Shown: positions 10,305-20,645 of the stretch, piece after piece
How the letters are laid out: every line of letters starts with the position of its first letter
Numbering within the stretch: the stretch's first letter is position 1
DNA from: a virus
IMG/VR virus record: IMGVR_UViG_3300046373_000092
Span: 18,066 to 82,065 of that record
DNA length: 64,000 bases
Reading direction: 5' to 3' (one strand)
Translations under genes and position numbers: made by a program
The notes under the pieces: generated by a model
The model's input: only the letters and a program-made list of their open reading frames with translations
Database searches by the model: none
Told to the model about the DNA's origin: nothing

Positions 10305-11270
10305 ATGGCTACAAGCGGGGCGCTCACCACTAAAAAACTCATAGCGTCTATTAAACGTAGATGTATGATTCCTACATCTCAAGATACATTCACGGATGCT
10401 GATTTGATTGACTTCTTAAATGAAGAAATGATGATTGGCATTGTTCCTAAATTAATGCAGCTCAAAGAAGAATACTTAGTATTCGATGAGTACGTTAAAA
10501 TAGAATCTAACACTTCAGCCTATACTGTTCCAGAAAGAGCTTTGGGAAGTAAACTAAGAGAAGCCTCTTACGTTGACAGTCTAGATCAAGGAACTGCTAA
10601 TGCTAACGAATACGAGCTTACTCAGATCGGAGTAGACGAGCGTTATTCACTAGCAAACAACACAATTGAAACTAGTAATTGGAAAAGATTTTACATGGAA
10701 GGATCAGACCTAGTTCTATTTCCAGATGTAGGATCTAACCCCTCTGGTTATATAAGATTTTTCTACCACATCCGCCCAGGCACATTAGTTGCCGACACTG
10801 AAGTTGCAGTAATCTCAAACATAGACAGAACTACTGGAGTTATTCTACTGGCTAACGCGCCAACTAAATTTCAAACTGGAAAGCAGTATGATTTCGTAAG
10901 AGCACGTTCGCCTCATAACATTATATCAATAGATAAAATGGCTAGTAACTACAGCACGGGTACTAAGACTATTCAATTTGCAATAGACGACATTCCCGCC
11001 AATCTTCAAGTTGGAGATTATATTTCTGCAGCAGGAGAGAGCTGTATTCCAAGCGTTCCCACAGAGCTTCACTCTATTCTTGCGCAACGTGTTGCGCAAA
11101 GGGTGTTGGAGTCTATTGGAGATACTCAAGGCTTAACAAACGCTACCGCTAAGCTGGCAGAAATGGAATCTAACATGGCGATCATGCTCCAATCTCGCGT
11201 TGAAGGTGCTCCAAGAAAAGTAGTAAATAGAAACAATACCATGAGAAGAAACGGTAGAGGATATTTCTAA
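10305..11270 (+). CDS. Head-tail adaptor / tail tubular protein A-like
   Basis: 'LIASIKRR...FTDADLIDFLNEE...Y.VP' N-terminus and 'IPSVPTELHSILA' C-terminus; precedes a nozzle-sized gene. Confidence 0.55.
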   Translation: MATSGALTTKKLIASIKRRCMIPTSQDTFTDADLIDFLNEEMMIGIVPKLMQLKEEYLVFDEYVKIESNTSAYTVPERALGSKLREASYVDSLDQGTANANEYELTQIGVDERYSLANNTIETSNWKRFYMEGSDLVLFPDVGSNPSGYIRFFYHIRPGTLVADTEVAVISNIDRTTGVILLANAPTKFQTGKQYDFVRARSPHNIISIDKMASNYSTGTKTIQFAIDDIPANLQVGDYISAAGESCIPSVPTELHSILAQRVAQRVLESIGDTQGLTNATAKLAEMESNMAIMLQSRVEGAPRKVVNRNNTMRRNGRGYF

Positions 11271-14200
11271 TGTCTCAATACTTAAACTTAAACCCAAAAG
11301 GTTTATTTACATACTACAATAACCTATCGGAGGTTTCTCCGGGAGCCCTTCTGAAGGGAACTAATACCGTTTTAAATAGAAACGGAGTTATTAATCCTAG
11401 ACGTGGTATAAAGTATTACGGTCCTACTCTGCCGAATCTTGCTGATAGAGCAAAGCAATTAATGCAATATAAAGATACCCTCATCCGCCACGTTAATGAT
11501 AAATTAGCGTTTGAAGTCGGAGCTGGAGTATTTACTGATTTTGAAGGTGACTTTACAGAAGTAATTACTGGAGAAAGAACAAAGTATTTAGAAAATAAGG
11601 GTAACTTATATTTCACATCGTCAGAAGGAGTTCAAAAGATTTCTGTAAAGGACGCTAGTGAATTTGGAGATGCAGTAATTACACAAACAGGGGCTCCGGC
11701 TGCTTTGGGTGGATACGCTCTTCCAAACTATTCGACATTAGGATTTTTAAATCTTGGGTCACAAGTTCCATACCAAGTTACATGGTCTATAAAAGATGCA
11801 AATAATTTACTTATAGAAGGAGTTCCTTCGGAAATAATTGTTTGTAAAAATGAATCTCCAACCTCAGATGTTTCTGTAGACCTAACAGTTCAGATTCCTT
11901 CTGGAGTAAATGAAGATTATATTTTAAGAATATACAGAGCCGAGCAGTCTCTCTTAACAGATCCACTCAAAGTAACTTATAATTTAGTATTCGAAGGTAA
12001 TCCGGAGACAGTAGATATTATTTTAGGATATATCACATACACTGATTTTGTTAACGAATCTTTTAGAAATGCGGGGGAGCCTCTTTACACAAACGCTACT
12101 TCAGAGGGTATTTCTCAAGCTAACTATAGACCTCCAAGTGCTCGTGACATTGAACTATTCAATAACTCCGTATTCTATGCAAATACCAGAGAAGCTCACC
12201 AAAAAAACTTTTCAATGATTACGTCAGAAGATTTACTTGCAACTACTAAAATTACGATTGCGGATAATGATGGCACATACACTGTCCAATTTAGAGGACA
12301 AACGGAACAATCTACTATAGTTGTTCAACAGTCTAGTTTAATTACTGACCATTCCTTTTTCTTGGTAAACTCAGCAAATAATGAAAGAAGATATTTTGTA
12401 TGGTTCGATAAAAGTGGAGATAATATTACTCCAGAATATCCAGAACACGTAGGAAGATTCCCTCTTCGCATTGACGTATCTACTCCAATGACGGCAATTC
12501 AAGTTGGAACTGAAATCGAAAATACATTAGCCAATTTACTAGACTTTGCAGTAACTAGTTTGCTGGGAATTGTATCCTTTTTCAATCTTTATAATGGATA
12601 TGCCGATGCTACCGCAGACAGCGTAGGGCAGCCTACTAACTTTACATTCACGACTTTGCAACAAGGTTTAGGACAAGATGCAAGTTTAGGCTTCGCATTA
12701 CTAAGTAACAAAACTACAGACGCAGAAAGAATCGCAGAAATGACTAAAAGTTTAGTAGATACCTTTACTCAGATGCAGAATAAATATATCGTAAAATATA
12801 CGAGTACTTTTGATAGCATTCCTGGTATATTCTCAGTCATGTCTTCAAGTTTAGTGGATATGCCGTTCTACATCACCACAAATGAATTCGACGCCTCAAC
12901 TTCGTTTAGTCCAGCCCTAAATGTTGCATTTACTAACACTACAGCTACGGTAAGTCCTTTGGCGTGTACTCTAACAACTTCAGCCCCGCATGGTTTAGTA
13001 GTTGGAGATAAAGTTTTCATCTATAACTTCAAAACTAATACTTCCACAGTTAGCGGTCAATACACAGTTACAGCGGTTCCGACTTCTACTACATATACAA
13101 TTAATTTGACTATACTAAGCTTACTTAGCGCGGGGTTTGTTACTAAAGCCGCTGGAGCTAGTGAGAACAACGCTACAATCAATAGCTTATATTTTTCTAA
13201 AGATAATCAGCCAGAGTCTGTTCCTTTAGTTAATCAAATTTTAGTGGGGTCTTCAGATGCTCCAATCTTAAGAATTAAGGCTCTCAGAGAATCCCTATTT
13301 ATTTTTAAGACCGACGGGCTATTCCGCCTAAGCGGGTTCAGTGCGAGTGATTTCGTAGTACAGTTATTCGACAACACAGTAATCTTAAAATGCCCGGACA
13401 GTGTAGCTAGTTTGAGCAACGAGATCTACTGCTTTGCTAATCAGGGAGTCGTAAAGATTTCTGAGGTTGGAAAAGACGTAATATCTAAGCCAATCTACGA
13501 CAAGTTAATCCCATTCATCACTACTAACACTAATCTAGCGAAGGCTACGTTTGGGGTGGCATATGAATCGGATAGATCGTACATTCTGTTTACGGTTAAG
13601 TCTAAATTAGATACTACTTCTACAGTGGCGTATCGCTACAATGTGGACACAGATTCTTGGACTGACTGGGATGTACACAAGACTTGTGGGATCTTAAAAC
13701 AACTAGACGATAAACTTTATTTTGGTTCAGCCATTGCCAATACACTTGAGCAGGAAAGAAAGGACTTTAACAGGTTCGACTATGCTGACAGAGAAATTAT
13801 TCTAAGCTTAGCAGCCTCTTCATTAACTGGCAACATAATCAAGCCTTCTAATTTTGAAACAGTTGCTGTTAACGATGTTATTACTCAAACTCAGTATGTA
13901 ACACTTTACCAATTTAACCAATTGTTAAAAAAATTAGATCTAGACAATGGAATAAACAGCTACAGCTTTTTTGCAAACTTAGCAGCAGCCCCAGGAGGAA
14001 ACCTTTCTTCTTATTTTACTTCTTTAGTAACTAGATTGAATATTCAAGACACGAATCCGTTTGTAGATACTCATGGAAATACTTCGTATGTGTTCAATGG
14101 ATCGAGTGATTTTGCATCTATCCAAACTCAATACAATGCAGTTATAGATAGATTAAATGAATCTCCAACGTTGTTTCTGAGCAACTACGCTAAGTCGCTA

Positions 14201-14692
14201 ACTACGACATTACAAGAAGCTATTGTCTTAGAAAAAGACACAACCCTAAAGCAATTTACATTAGAGAAAAGTCCTTCGTTCATTCAAGGTCCAATCTTAA
14301 TTTATAAGGGAATTAATACAGAGATTGAATTTGTTCCTCAACATGGAGGAGATCCTTCAACTTTAAAACAATTTAGCAGCGGTACGATCCTTCTTGAAAA
14401 TAGAAGCTTTTATTCTGCTTACGTAGGGTTTAACAGTGACCTAAGTGTGAACTACGACAACGTACTCATTTCTCCAGTATCATACGGTAATTGGGGAGAT
14501 TTTACTTGGGGAACTGGCGCTATCTGGGGCGGTCAAGGAGATCGTGCTCCACTAAGAACTTATATCCCTGCTAAGAAGCAAAGATGTAGATTTATTGGAG
14601 CTAGATTCTCTCACGGGATTGCATTGCAGTCATTTTCACTATATGGACTTAGCTTGACGTTTACCGTTAGTAGCGAAAGAGCGTATAAATAA
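11270..14692 (+). CDS. Tail nozzle / tubular protein B / stabilisation protein-like
   Basis: 1140 aa with beta-propeller-like motifs; 'TTSAPHGLVVGDKV..SGQYTVTAV' insert; 'WGDFTWG..WGG' C-terminus. Confidence 0.6.
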   Translation: MSQYLNLNPKGLFTYYNNLSEVSPGALLKGTNTVLNRNGVINPRRGIKYYGPTLPNLADRAKQLMQYKDTLIRHVNDKLAFEVGAGVFTDFEGDFTEVITGERTKYLENKGNLYFTSSEGVQKISVKDASEFGDAVITQTGAPAALGGYALPNYSTLGFLNLGSQVPYQVTWSIKDANNLLIEGVPSEIIVCKNESPTSDVSVDLTVQIPSGVNEDYILRIYRAEQSLLTDPLKVTYNLVFEGNPETVDIILGYITYTDFVNESFRNAGEPLYTNATSEGISQANYRPPSARDIELFNNSVFYANTREAHQKNFSMITSEDLLATTKITIADNDGTYTVQFRGQTEQSTIVVQQSSLITDHSFFLVNSANNERRYFVWFDKSGDNITPEYPEHVGRFPLRIDVSTPMTAIQVGTEIENTLANLLDFAVTSLLGIVSFFNLYNGYADATADSVGQPTNFTFTTLQQGLGQDASLGFALLSNKTTDAERIAEMTKSLVDTFTQMQNKYIVKYTSTFDSIPGIFSVMSSSLVDMPFYITTNEFDASTSFSPALNVAFTNTTATVSPLACTLTTSAPHGLVVGDKVFIYNFKTNTSTVSGQYTVTAVPTSTTYTINLTILSLLSAGFVTKAAGASENNATINSLYFSKDNQPESVPLVNQILVGSSDAPILRIKALRESLFIFKTDGLFRLSGFSASDFVVQLFDNTVILKCPDSVASLSNEIYCFANQGVVKISEVGKDVISKPIYDKLIPFITTNTNLAKATFGVAYESDRSYILFTVKSKLDTTSTVAYRYNVDTDSWTDWDVHKTCGILKQLDDKLYFGSAIANTLEQERKDFNRFDYADREIILSLAASSLTGNIIKPSNFETVAVNDVITQTQYVTLYQFNQLLKKLDLDNGINSYSFFANLAAAPGGNLSSYFTSLVTRLNIQDTNPFVDTHGNTSYVFNGSSDFASIQTQYNAVIDRLNESPTLFLSNYAKSLTTTLQEAIVLEKDTTLKQFTLEKSPSFIQGPILIYKGINTEIEFVPQHGGDPSTLKQFSSGTILLENRSFYSAYVGFNSDLSVNYDNVLISPVSYGNWGDFTWGTGAIWGGQGDRAPLRTYIPAKKQRCRFIGARFSHGIALQSFSLYGLSLTFTVSSERAYK

Positions 14693-15096
14693 TGGCTAAA
14701 CTACAGACTAAAAAAATTAATGTAAACGACTTTTCTCCAGATGCTCGTCAGGATATAGCGAAGATTGCAAGGTCTTTAAACCCTTTTTTTGACGACGTGG
14801 AGAGAGCTTTTAGGAAGGGCTTGTCTGTGGAAGACAACCTACCATTTCAATACATTACAGTAACTCTAGAAGTTGATGCAAACGGCAAGCCAAAACAGCA
14901 GGTAAGCACATCTTTTAACTTGACAAATTTGAAAGGCTGCGTTATAATTAATGCTAAAGCTGCCGATACTACTGTGTTCCCCACAGCCACGCCTTTTGCA
15001 AGTTTCAATACTTCAGGCTCTGTATTTACAGTAACGAATGTTGCCGGTTTACCCGCAGATAAATCATTCACACTAACCCTTTTATTGATGGCGTAA
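14692..15096 (+). CDS. Hypothetical virion protein
   Basis: TAATG coupling to the nozzle gene. Confidence 0.6.
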   Translation: MAKLQTKKINVNDFSPDARQDIAKIARSLNPFFDDVERAFRKGLSVEDNLPFQYITVTLEVDANGKPKQQVSTSFNLTNLKGCVIINAKAADTTVFPTATPFASFNTSGSVFTVTNVAGLPADKSFTLTLLLMA

Positions 15097-15097
15097 T

Positions 15098-17548
15098 ATG
15101 ACACAAGAAGAACAAGACGTAGTAAATTTAGCCACTCCTGAAAACTTCCTGGGTTTTGACGATAAGGGCAGCGCTATTATCAGAAATGCCAGTGGACAGT
15201 TACAAGCTTACGGAGGCTCCGACTGGACCGCAGTTACCGATGCTTTAAAAGCTAAGCACGGAGAAAAATCATTTAACGACTATATTGGTAATGAACAATT
15301 AAAAGCTTTGGGTGGAGAATTCCAAGGTATTGATGAAGAGTCTGGAGCTGCTGTCTTTACAAAAGACGGAGAGACTTTCGGTATTGCAAAAGATGACCCT
15401 GACTACAAAAATCTATTTAATGTAGCTAAGAATTCTGCTCCGGCTAAAACTTGGTTTAACCCAAATTACGAAAAACAATTTAATCAAATTCAAGAAAAGG
15501 GAACTCAGTTTTCTGGATTCGATGATCAGGGAAATGCTCTATTTAAAAACAAAGTAGGACAATACGAAACAGTAACTAATAAAGATGCTGGATTTTACAA
15601 GTATGCTCAGAAGTTTAAATCTGATCAAAAATTCCAAGGTGTTCAAGGTGTATCTAATGCAGTAAAGGGAGAGAACGTTGCTCCTATTGGAAACATGAAT
15701 TCTAATGTAGCCTCTACTTCTGCCGACGCCAATAGAAAAGCATTAGGTGCTCAAGGTGGAGGATTTAGTCGATTTTCTGCAAGCTCAACCACCCCAGGTA
15801 AATTACAAAACAATGCTCCCAGTGCTAATCAACCGACTACTGTGGGAGGAGCTAAGCCGCCAGTCAATATCGCTCCACCTACTACAGCTTCAGCAGCTCA
15901 ACAGCAGCCAGTTGGATCGTACAATGCTCAAGCCCTAAATACAGGAGCTAAAGTTAAAAAAGCTAAAGCTCAGCCAGTACAAGCTCCTCCTTCGATGAGT
16001 GTTTCTGACATTGCTGTAAAGATGGGTAAAGAATACGCTACGAACTTTGCTAATCAAAAATTAGCTGAAGTAAAAACTGCTGCTAAAGAAGGAGCTACAA
16101 ACTTCGTCAAAACAGCAACACAGCCATACAGAGATTTAGCTAGTGGACAAATAAAAGAAGCCACTGGATTTGACCCTTCAAAGTCTTTATCTGAACAAGC
16201 GGCAGAACAGGCAGGAAAGGCAACTGGAGTAGATTCACAATATTTCGTTGATCCAAAAAATGCAGCAATAAACCAAGCTAGTAGTGCTATAAATGATAAA
16301 CTAGGATTCGATGCAGTAGCTGCAGCCCGAGATCCTAAAGCATATTTAAAGCAACAAGCTGAAGAGCAGTTATCAAAACAACTGGGCTTCAACGTTGCTG
16401 AGTTAGCCAAAGATCCAAAGCAGTTTGCAATCAACCAAGGTGTAAACATGCTCGCCAATTATACGGGTGCCGACGCTGGGACTTTAGCCGGAGCTGCCGG
16501 AGCCTTATTTAAAGGCGGAAACATGGTTGAGAACGCTAAGGAATATGCAAAAGAAGAAGCTAAAAGACAAGCTAAGCAAGCTGCTCTAAATCAAATCGCA
16601 AGTTATTACGGAGTAGATGCCAACGCAGTAGGTGGAGCTTACGACGTAGGTAAAGACGTATTGAAGGGCGGAGTAAGCGAAGACACGGCTAGAAAGGCTG
16701 GAGAGACTGCGGCTAGAGCTGCCGTAATGTACTACACGGGAGGAACAGTAACCCCAGAAAATTTAGAGTTGGCATCTAACGTATTACTAAAAGGATATGA
16801 AGGAGCTTCTAATAAGTTTGGAACGGTTGGAACACTAGCTGCCCACCCTTTAAAAACTTATGGTGAGATGTATGGAGCAGCCGGAGATATCCTAGATTAC
16901 GGAATTAAAGATGTCGGACAAATGGGAGCTGACATGTATAGCAACGGTAAGAATGATATTGGTGGTCTTAAAATGATTGCTAAAGGTAACATTGGCGATG
17001 GTATTTCTCAAATAGCCAAAGGCTCTTTAGACATGGTTACAAAAAATATCGCAGCATCCCCCGTAGCTGCTGTTAAAAAGATTGTATCTTCAGTAGGTAG
17101 CGCAGTTAAAAACATTTTCTGTTTTGACGGTAACACTGAAATTTTAATGGAAGATGGCAGCTATAAAAAAATTAAGCTAATTAAACTAGGGGATAAAATT
17201 GCTCTAGGTGGATTAGTAACGGCTATCGGACAATCAGCCTCTACTGAAATCTACAACTACAACGGAGTAAAGGTAGCTGGCGGACATGCGGTTTTTGAAG
17301 ATGGAAAATGGGTACGAGTCTTCGATAGTAAGAAAGGTGAGTTACTGGAAGGGGAAGAGCTTATAGTTTATCCAATGTCGACAGAACACCACTTAATCGT
17401 AACTAAAGACCAGATCTGGGCTGACTTACTGGAAGTAGACGACAAGCAAAACAAAACTGAAGCTGAGTCTTTAAAAGAACTCAACAAGCAGACAGTAAAA
17501 AATAAAATGTTGAAATCTTACCTGAAGGTTAAATTTGGAATTAGTTAA
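15098..17548 (+). CDS. Internal virion (ejection) protein with C-terminal Hint autoprocessing domain
   Basis: A/Q/G/K-rich helical body; 'F|CFDGNTEILMEDGSYKKIKLIKLGDKI' (Cys675, nt 17120), 'VAGGHAV', 'VYPMSTEHHLIV..IWAD'. Confidence 0.7.
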   Translation: MTQEEQDVVNLATPENFLGFDDKGSAIIRNASGQLQAYGGSDWTAVTDALKAKHGEKSFNDYIGNEQLKALGGEFQGIDEESGAAVFTKDGETFGIAKDDPDYKNLFNVAKNSAPAKTWFNPNYEKQFNQIQEKGTQFSGFDDQGNALFKNKVGQYETVTNKDAGFYKYAQKFKSDQKFQGVQGVSNAVKGENVAPIGNMNSNVASTSADANRKALGAQGGGFSRFSASSTTPGKLQNNAPSANQPTTVGGAKPPVNIAPPTTASAAQQQPVGSYNAQALNTGAKVKKAKAQPVQAPPSMSVSDIAVKMGKEYATNFANQKLAEVKTAAKEGATNFVKTATQPYRDLASGQIKEATGFDPSKSLSEQAAEQAGKATGVDSQYFVDPKNAAINQASSAINDKLGFDAVAAARDPKAYLKQQAEEQLSKQLGFNVAELAKDPKQFAINQGVNMLANYTGADAGTLAGAAGALFKGGNMVENAKEYAKEEAKRQAKQAALNQIASYYGVDANAVGGAYDVGKDVLKGGVSEDTARKAGETAARAAVMYYTGGTVTPENLELASNVLLKGYEGASNKFGTVGTLAAHPLKTYGEMYGAAGDILDYGIKDVGQMGADMYSNGKNDIGGLKMIAKGNIGDGISQIAKGSLDMVTKNIAASPVAAVKKIVSSVGSAVKNIFCFDGNTEILMEDGSYKKIKLIKLGDKIALGGLVTAIGQSASTEIYNYNGVKVAGGHAVFEDGKWVRVFDSKKGELLEGEELIVYPMSTEHHLIVTKDQIWADLLEVDDKQNKTEAESLKELNKQTVKNKMLKSYLKVKFGIS

Positions 17549-17963
17549 ATACGAAAATGAGGATTATCCACTAATTTTAGAATGGTTTGCCAAGTACAAC
17601 TGGGCTCCTTGCGATGCTGACTGCTTCCCAGTGAACACTTACTTCGCTGTTAAAGACGGACGTAAGCTAGCACTATCTTGCTTCATGGCTACAGATTCTA
17701 CCATAGCCTTTATGGGAATTACCCTCACCAATAGAGATGAAGGTTCTCCCGCAGAGCAATCAGAAGCTGTTGATTTTTTGTTGAAGGAAATTGCCCAAAA
17801 AGCCAAAGAACAAGGTTACAACTACTTATACAATTTCACTGAAAGTAGAGCTATGGTCTATAGATTTAGAAAACAGGGATTCAGAGTGGCTAACCGAGGA
17901 ATATCTTACAGTATCGTGGGGGATTTAACAAATACCGGACGTACTAAATTTTTCGAAGAATAA
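17535..17963 (+). CDS. GNAT acetyltransferase-like protein
   Basis: 'LLKEIAQKAKEQGYNYLY...RFRKQGF' pattern; such genes occur among podovirus internal-protein genes. Confidence 0.5.
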   Translation: MELVKYENEDYPLILEWFAKYNWAPCDADCFPVNTYFAVKDGRKLALSCFMATDSTIAFMGITLTNRDEGSPAEQSEAVDFLLKEIAQKAKEQGYNYLYNFTESRAMVYRFRKQGFRVANRGISYSIVGDLTNTGRTKFFEE

Positions 17964-17969
17964 GCTAAG

Positions 17970-17982
17970 TTAACAAATATAT
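17970..17982 (+). promoter_or_regulatory. TTAACAAATATAT motif, candidate late promoter (copy 2)
   Basis: Exact repeat ending 14 nt upstream of the ATG at 17997. Confidence 0.6.
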
Positions 17983-17996
17983 GTAGAGGTTCACAC

Positions 17997-19307
17997 ATGG
18001 GATTATTCGATTCACTATTAAAATCAGTATCTAACTATATACCTGACGAATACGAAGACGATGTTGCGGCTGCCGCACAAGAATATGCTCCTCAAGCCAA
18101 AGAGCTTGGATCTAGTGCTTTGTCGAGTATTGGCAGTTCTTTAAGTGGATTATTCAACTCAAACCCTACCAACGGCAGAATGTCTGACGAAGACTACGCT
18201 AAGTGGAAAGCGGCTGGGAATGACGACTCAAAACCTGGCTTTTGGGAAAACCTATTTACGGACGATCCAAACTCTGGATGGTACGATACAATGAACCAAG
18301 TTCCAGACAATGAAAAATACACTACTCGTGCTGAGCTAGAGGCTGCTAAACTTGCTAATGCAAATAAAGCTAAGTCTCCCGGAATAATGGATAGTATTAA
18401 GAATTATTTCACCGACGATCCTAATTCTGGATGGTATGATGAAATGACGAACAACAATGCACTAAGAAGCGGAGAAGCTGATTACGATGCATATCTAAAA
18501 AATCTTAGAAGTGGGGAAGCAGCATACGCATCTAACCCTACAAACAGTAACATGCTTGAAAGCGCCTATAAAACAGCTCTATCTGGAATTGGAAAGGCAG
18601 CCCCTACGTTAGGTGCCCTTGCCCCAGTGCTAGGCTCAGGACTTGGATATTTAGCCTCTAGTGGCTTAAGAGATCAATCTCAGTCCGCTTACAACAACTC
18701 ATTAAATTCCGCAGGAACTCAAGTTTCTATGGGACCATCAGCTTCTGAAAATCTTCAAGACAGTCAACAGGATTTAGCAAACAGAGCTACAGCTACTCAA
18801 ATGATTGCACAACGTGCGAATATGGGATTAACTGACGAAGATAAGGCTATGTTCGAAAAGGCTAGGCAACAAGCTGACGAAGGATTCCAAGCTAATCAAT
18901 CTAAAATTACTACAGACCTAAACAGACGCGGCATGGGACTATCTCCAGCTTTAGTAATGGCTCAACAACAACAAGCTGCTCAAGACAACGCAAAACGTCA
19001 GAATGACGCTCAACTAGCTCAGACTGCAGAATCATTTAAAGCTAAACAAGCGGCTGCTACAGCACTCGGTACAATGGCTAACGCAAACCTACAAGGTGAC
19101 TTTAGCAGAGGTTTAGCTAAGGCTAACAATCAAGATGCTATCTCTAGATTCAATGCTGAACAAGAACGTGCTCGCGCAAATGCCCTTACTCAAGCTCAAC
19201 AGACTCAAGGAAATCAACTTGGAAATGCTGCAGCAGATAAGGCAGGAGCTATCACTAATATTGGAAGCGGGATTGGAACGGCTATCGGCGCTCTACTAAA
19301 AAAATAA
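17997..19307 (+). CDS. Internal virion / DNA ejection protein
   Basis: A/Q/N-rich helical protein with glycine-zipper ends; 'FTDDPNSGWYD' repeated twice. Confidence 0.6.
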   Translation: MGLFDSLLKSVSNYIPDEYEDDVAAAAQEYAPQAKELGSSALSSIGSSLSGLFNSNPTNGRMSDEDYAKWKAAGNDDSKPGFWENLFTDDPNSGWYDTMNQVPDNEKYTTRAELEAAKLANANKAKSPGIMDSIKNYFTDDPNSGWYDEMTNNNALRSGEADYDAYLKNLRSGEAAYASNPTNSNMLESAYKTALSGIGKAAPTLGALAPVLGSGLGYLASSGLRDQSQSAYNNSLNSAGTQVSMGPSASENLQDSQQDLANRATATQMIAQRANMGLTDEDKAMFEKARQQADEGFQANQSKITTDLNRRGMGLSPALVMAQQQQAAQDNAKRQNDAQLAQTAESFKAKQAAATALGTMANANLQGDFSRGLAKANNQDAISRFNAEQERARANALTQAQQTQGNQLGNAAADKAGAITNIGSGIGTAIGALLKK

Positions 19308-19316
19308 GGAATTAAT

Positions 19317-20645
19317 ATGGCATCATTTGACGACTTTTTAAAAATGTTTAAAGACTCCCAAGGAATAGATCAGCCTGCTGTAACCATTCCATACAGACCT
19401 GATGAATCTGCTGTTATGCCTCCTCTAGGATTGGCTATTGGCGGACAACAAGAAATAGTAGGTATGCCTAGTGGATCAACTCCAGATGAGTCTATGCCTG
19501 CAGAAATGCCAGCAGCTCCCCCACAAATTACTCCAGATGTAATCAATAAGCTCAAGGCAATGTCAGCTTCTCGCGCTCCCACAGCAGTTCCGCAAGCTAT
19601 GCCAATTCCCGCTAAGCCTCCAGTAGATTTAGAAGATAAGCAATACCTAGGTGCTCAGGACGAAGCTCGTAAAAATAGAAAGTATGCAGAGTTACTTGCA
19701 GCTTCTAACCAAATGGCTCAAGGTGTGGCATCTTTAGGTGCGGGTAAAAAAGTAGACGTTAACAATGCCGGCGCGGAAATGTTAATGAAGTCTGCCGATG
19801 CTCCAGTAAAGGATTTAACTGAGCAAAGAAAACAAGAGAAAGAATTCTTAGATTTAATGGATGACAAGAAAAAGAACGATCCAACATCTGAAGTTTCTCA
19901 ACTATACAGAAAAGCATTTAAAGATTTGGGAGTGCAGTTAGGTGACGGAGCTACGGCTTCTGAACTTGAAAAAGCATCTCCAGTAATCGCGCAAGCTATC
20001 AACACTCAGCTAAACAGAGAAGCTCAAAAACTCCGTTACGCAGAACTAGCGGACAACAAAGCCGAAAGAAATAACGATAAGAAGCGTGAACTTGACGATA
20101 AGTATATGTCAAAGTTTAACGACACTATCAACAAGTTTGAAAAAGAAAAAGTAGAAGGGGACAAGTACTTCGACACAGCATTAACTCTTGCTGACGACGC
20201 TACTAAGTCACCTACAGCCGCAGTAAACTTAGCCCGATCTTTGATTAAGTCAATTGAAGGTGCTGGAGCCAGAGTTTCTGATAAGGATATTGAAACTACT
20301 CTAAGAGCCGGAGGTGTTAGTGACAACGCCATCGCTCAACTACAGACAGCGGAAAGCGGAACTATCCCTCCATTTCAAGCTGAAGACGTAAAAAAACTAA
20401 TGAGAGCAATGAAGGCTATTTCAGATACTAAATTTAATGAAAGAAAAGAGCAGATGGTTTACCGCCAAGCTCAGTTGTTAAAAACTACTCCGGAAAGAAT
20501 TAAAGAAGCTACGTTTATGCCAGAAGCTAAGAAAGAGTCTACTGAATCAAACACAGTAAGAGTTATTTCTCCGGCAGGAAAAACGGGAACAATTCCAAGA
20601 TCAAACTTAGAAGCGGCTAAAAAACAAGGCTTCAAGGAAATATAA
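19317..20645 (+). CDS. Internal virion / DNA ejection protein
   Basis: Pro-rich N-terminus, helical body, C-terminal 'VRVISPAGKTGTIP..LEAAKKQG'. Confidence 0.6.
   Translation: MASFDDFLKMFKDSQGIDQPAVTIPYRPDESAVMPPLGLAIGGQQEIVGMPSGSTPDESMPAEMPAAPPQITPDVINKLKAMSASRAPTAVPQAMPIPAKPPVDLEDKQYLGAQDEARKNRKYAELLAASNQMAQGVASLGAGKKVDVNNAGAEMLMKSADAPVKDLTEQRKQEKEFLDLMDDKKKNDPTSEVSQLYRKAFKDLGVQLGDGATASELEKASPVIAQAINTQLNREAQKLRYAELADNKAERNNDKKRELDDKYMSKFNDTINKFEKEKVEGDKYFDTALTLADDATKSPTAAVNLARSLIKSIEGAGARVSDKDIETTLRAGGVSDNAIAQLQTAESGTIPPFQAEDVKKLMRAMKAISDTKFNERKEQMVYRQAQLLKTTPERIKEATFMPEAKKESTESNTVRVISPAGKTGTIPRSNLEAAKKQGFKEI

Noticed and set aside
17120-17548. Canonical splicing intein
   Set aside because: No terminal His-Asn followed by Cys/Ser/Thr, and no endonuclease domain; treated as a cleavage-type Hint domain.
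505-20332. Minus-strand ORFs within the structural operon (and plus-strand ORFs within 22.8-56 kb)
   Set aside because: They are antisense shadows of longer genes with no recognisable motifs.
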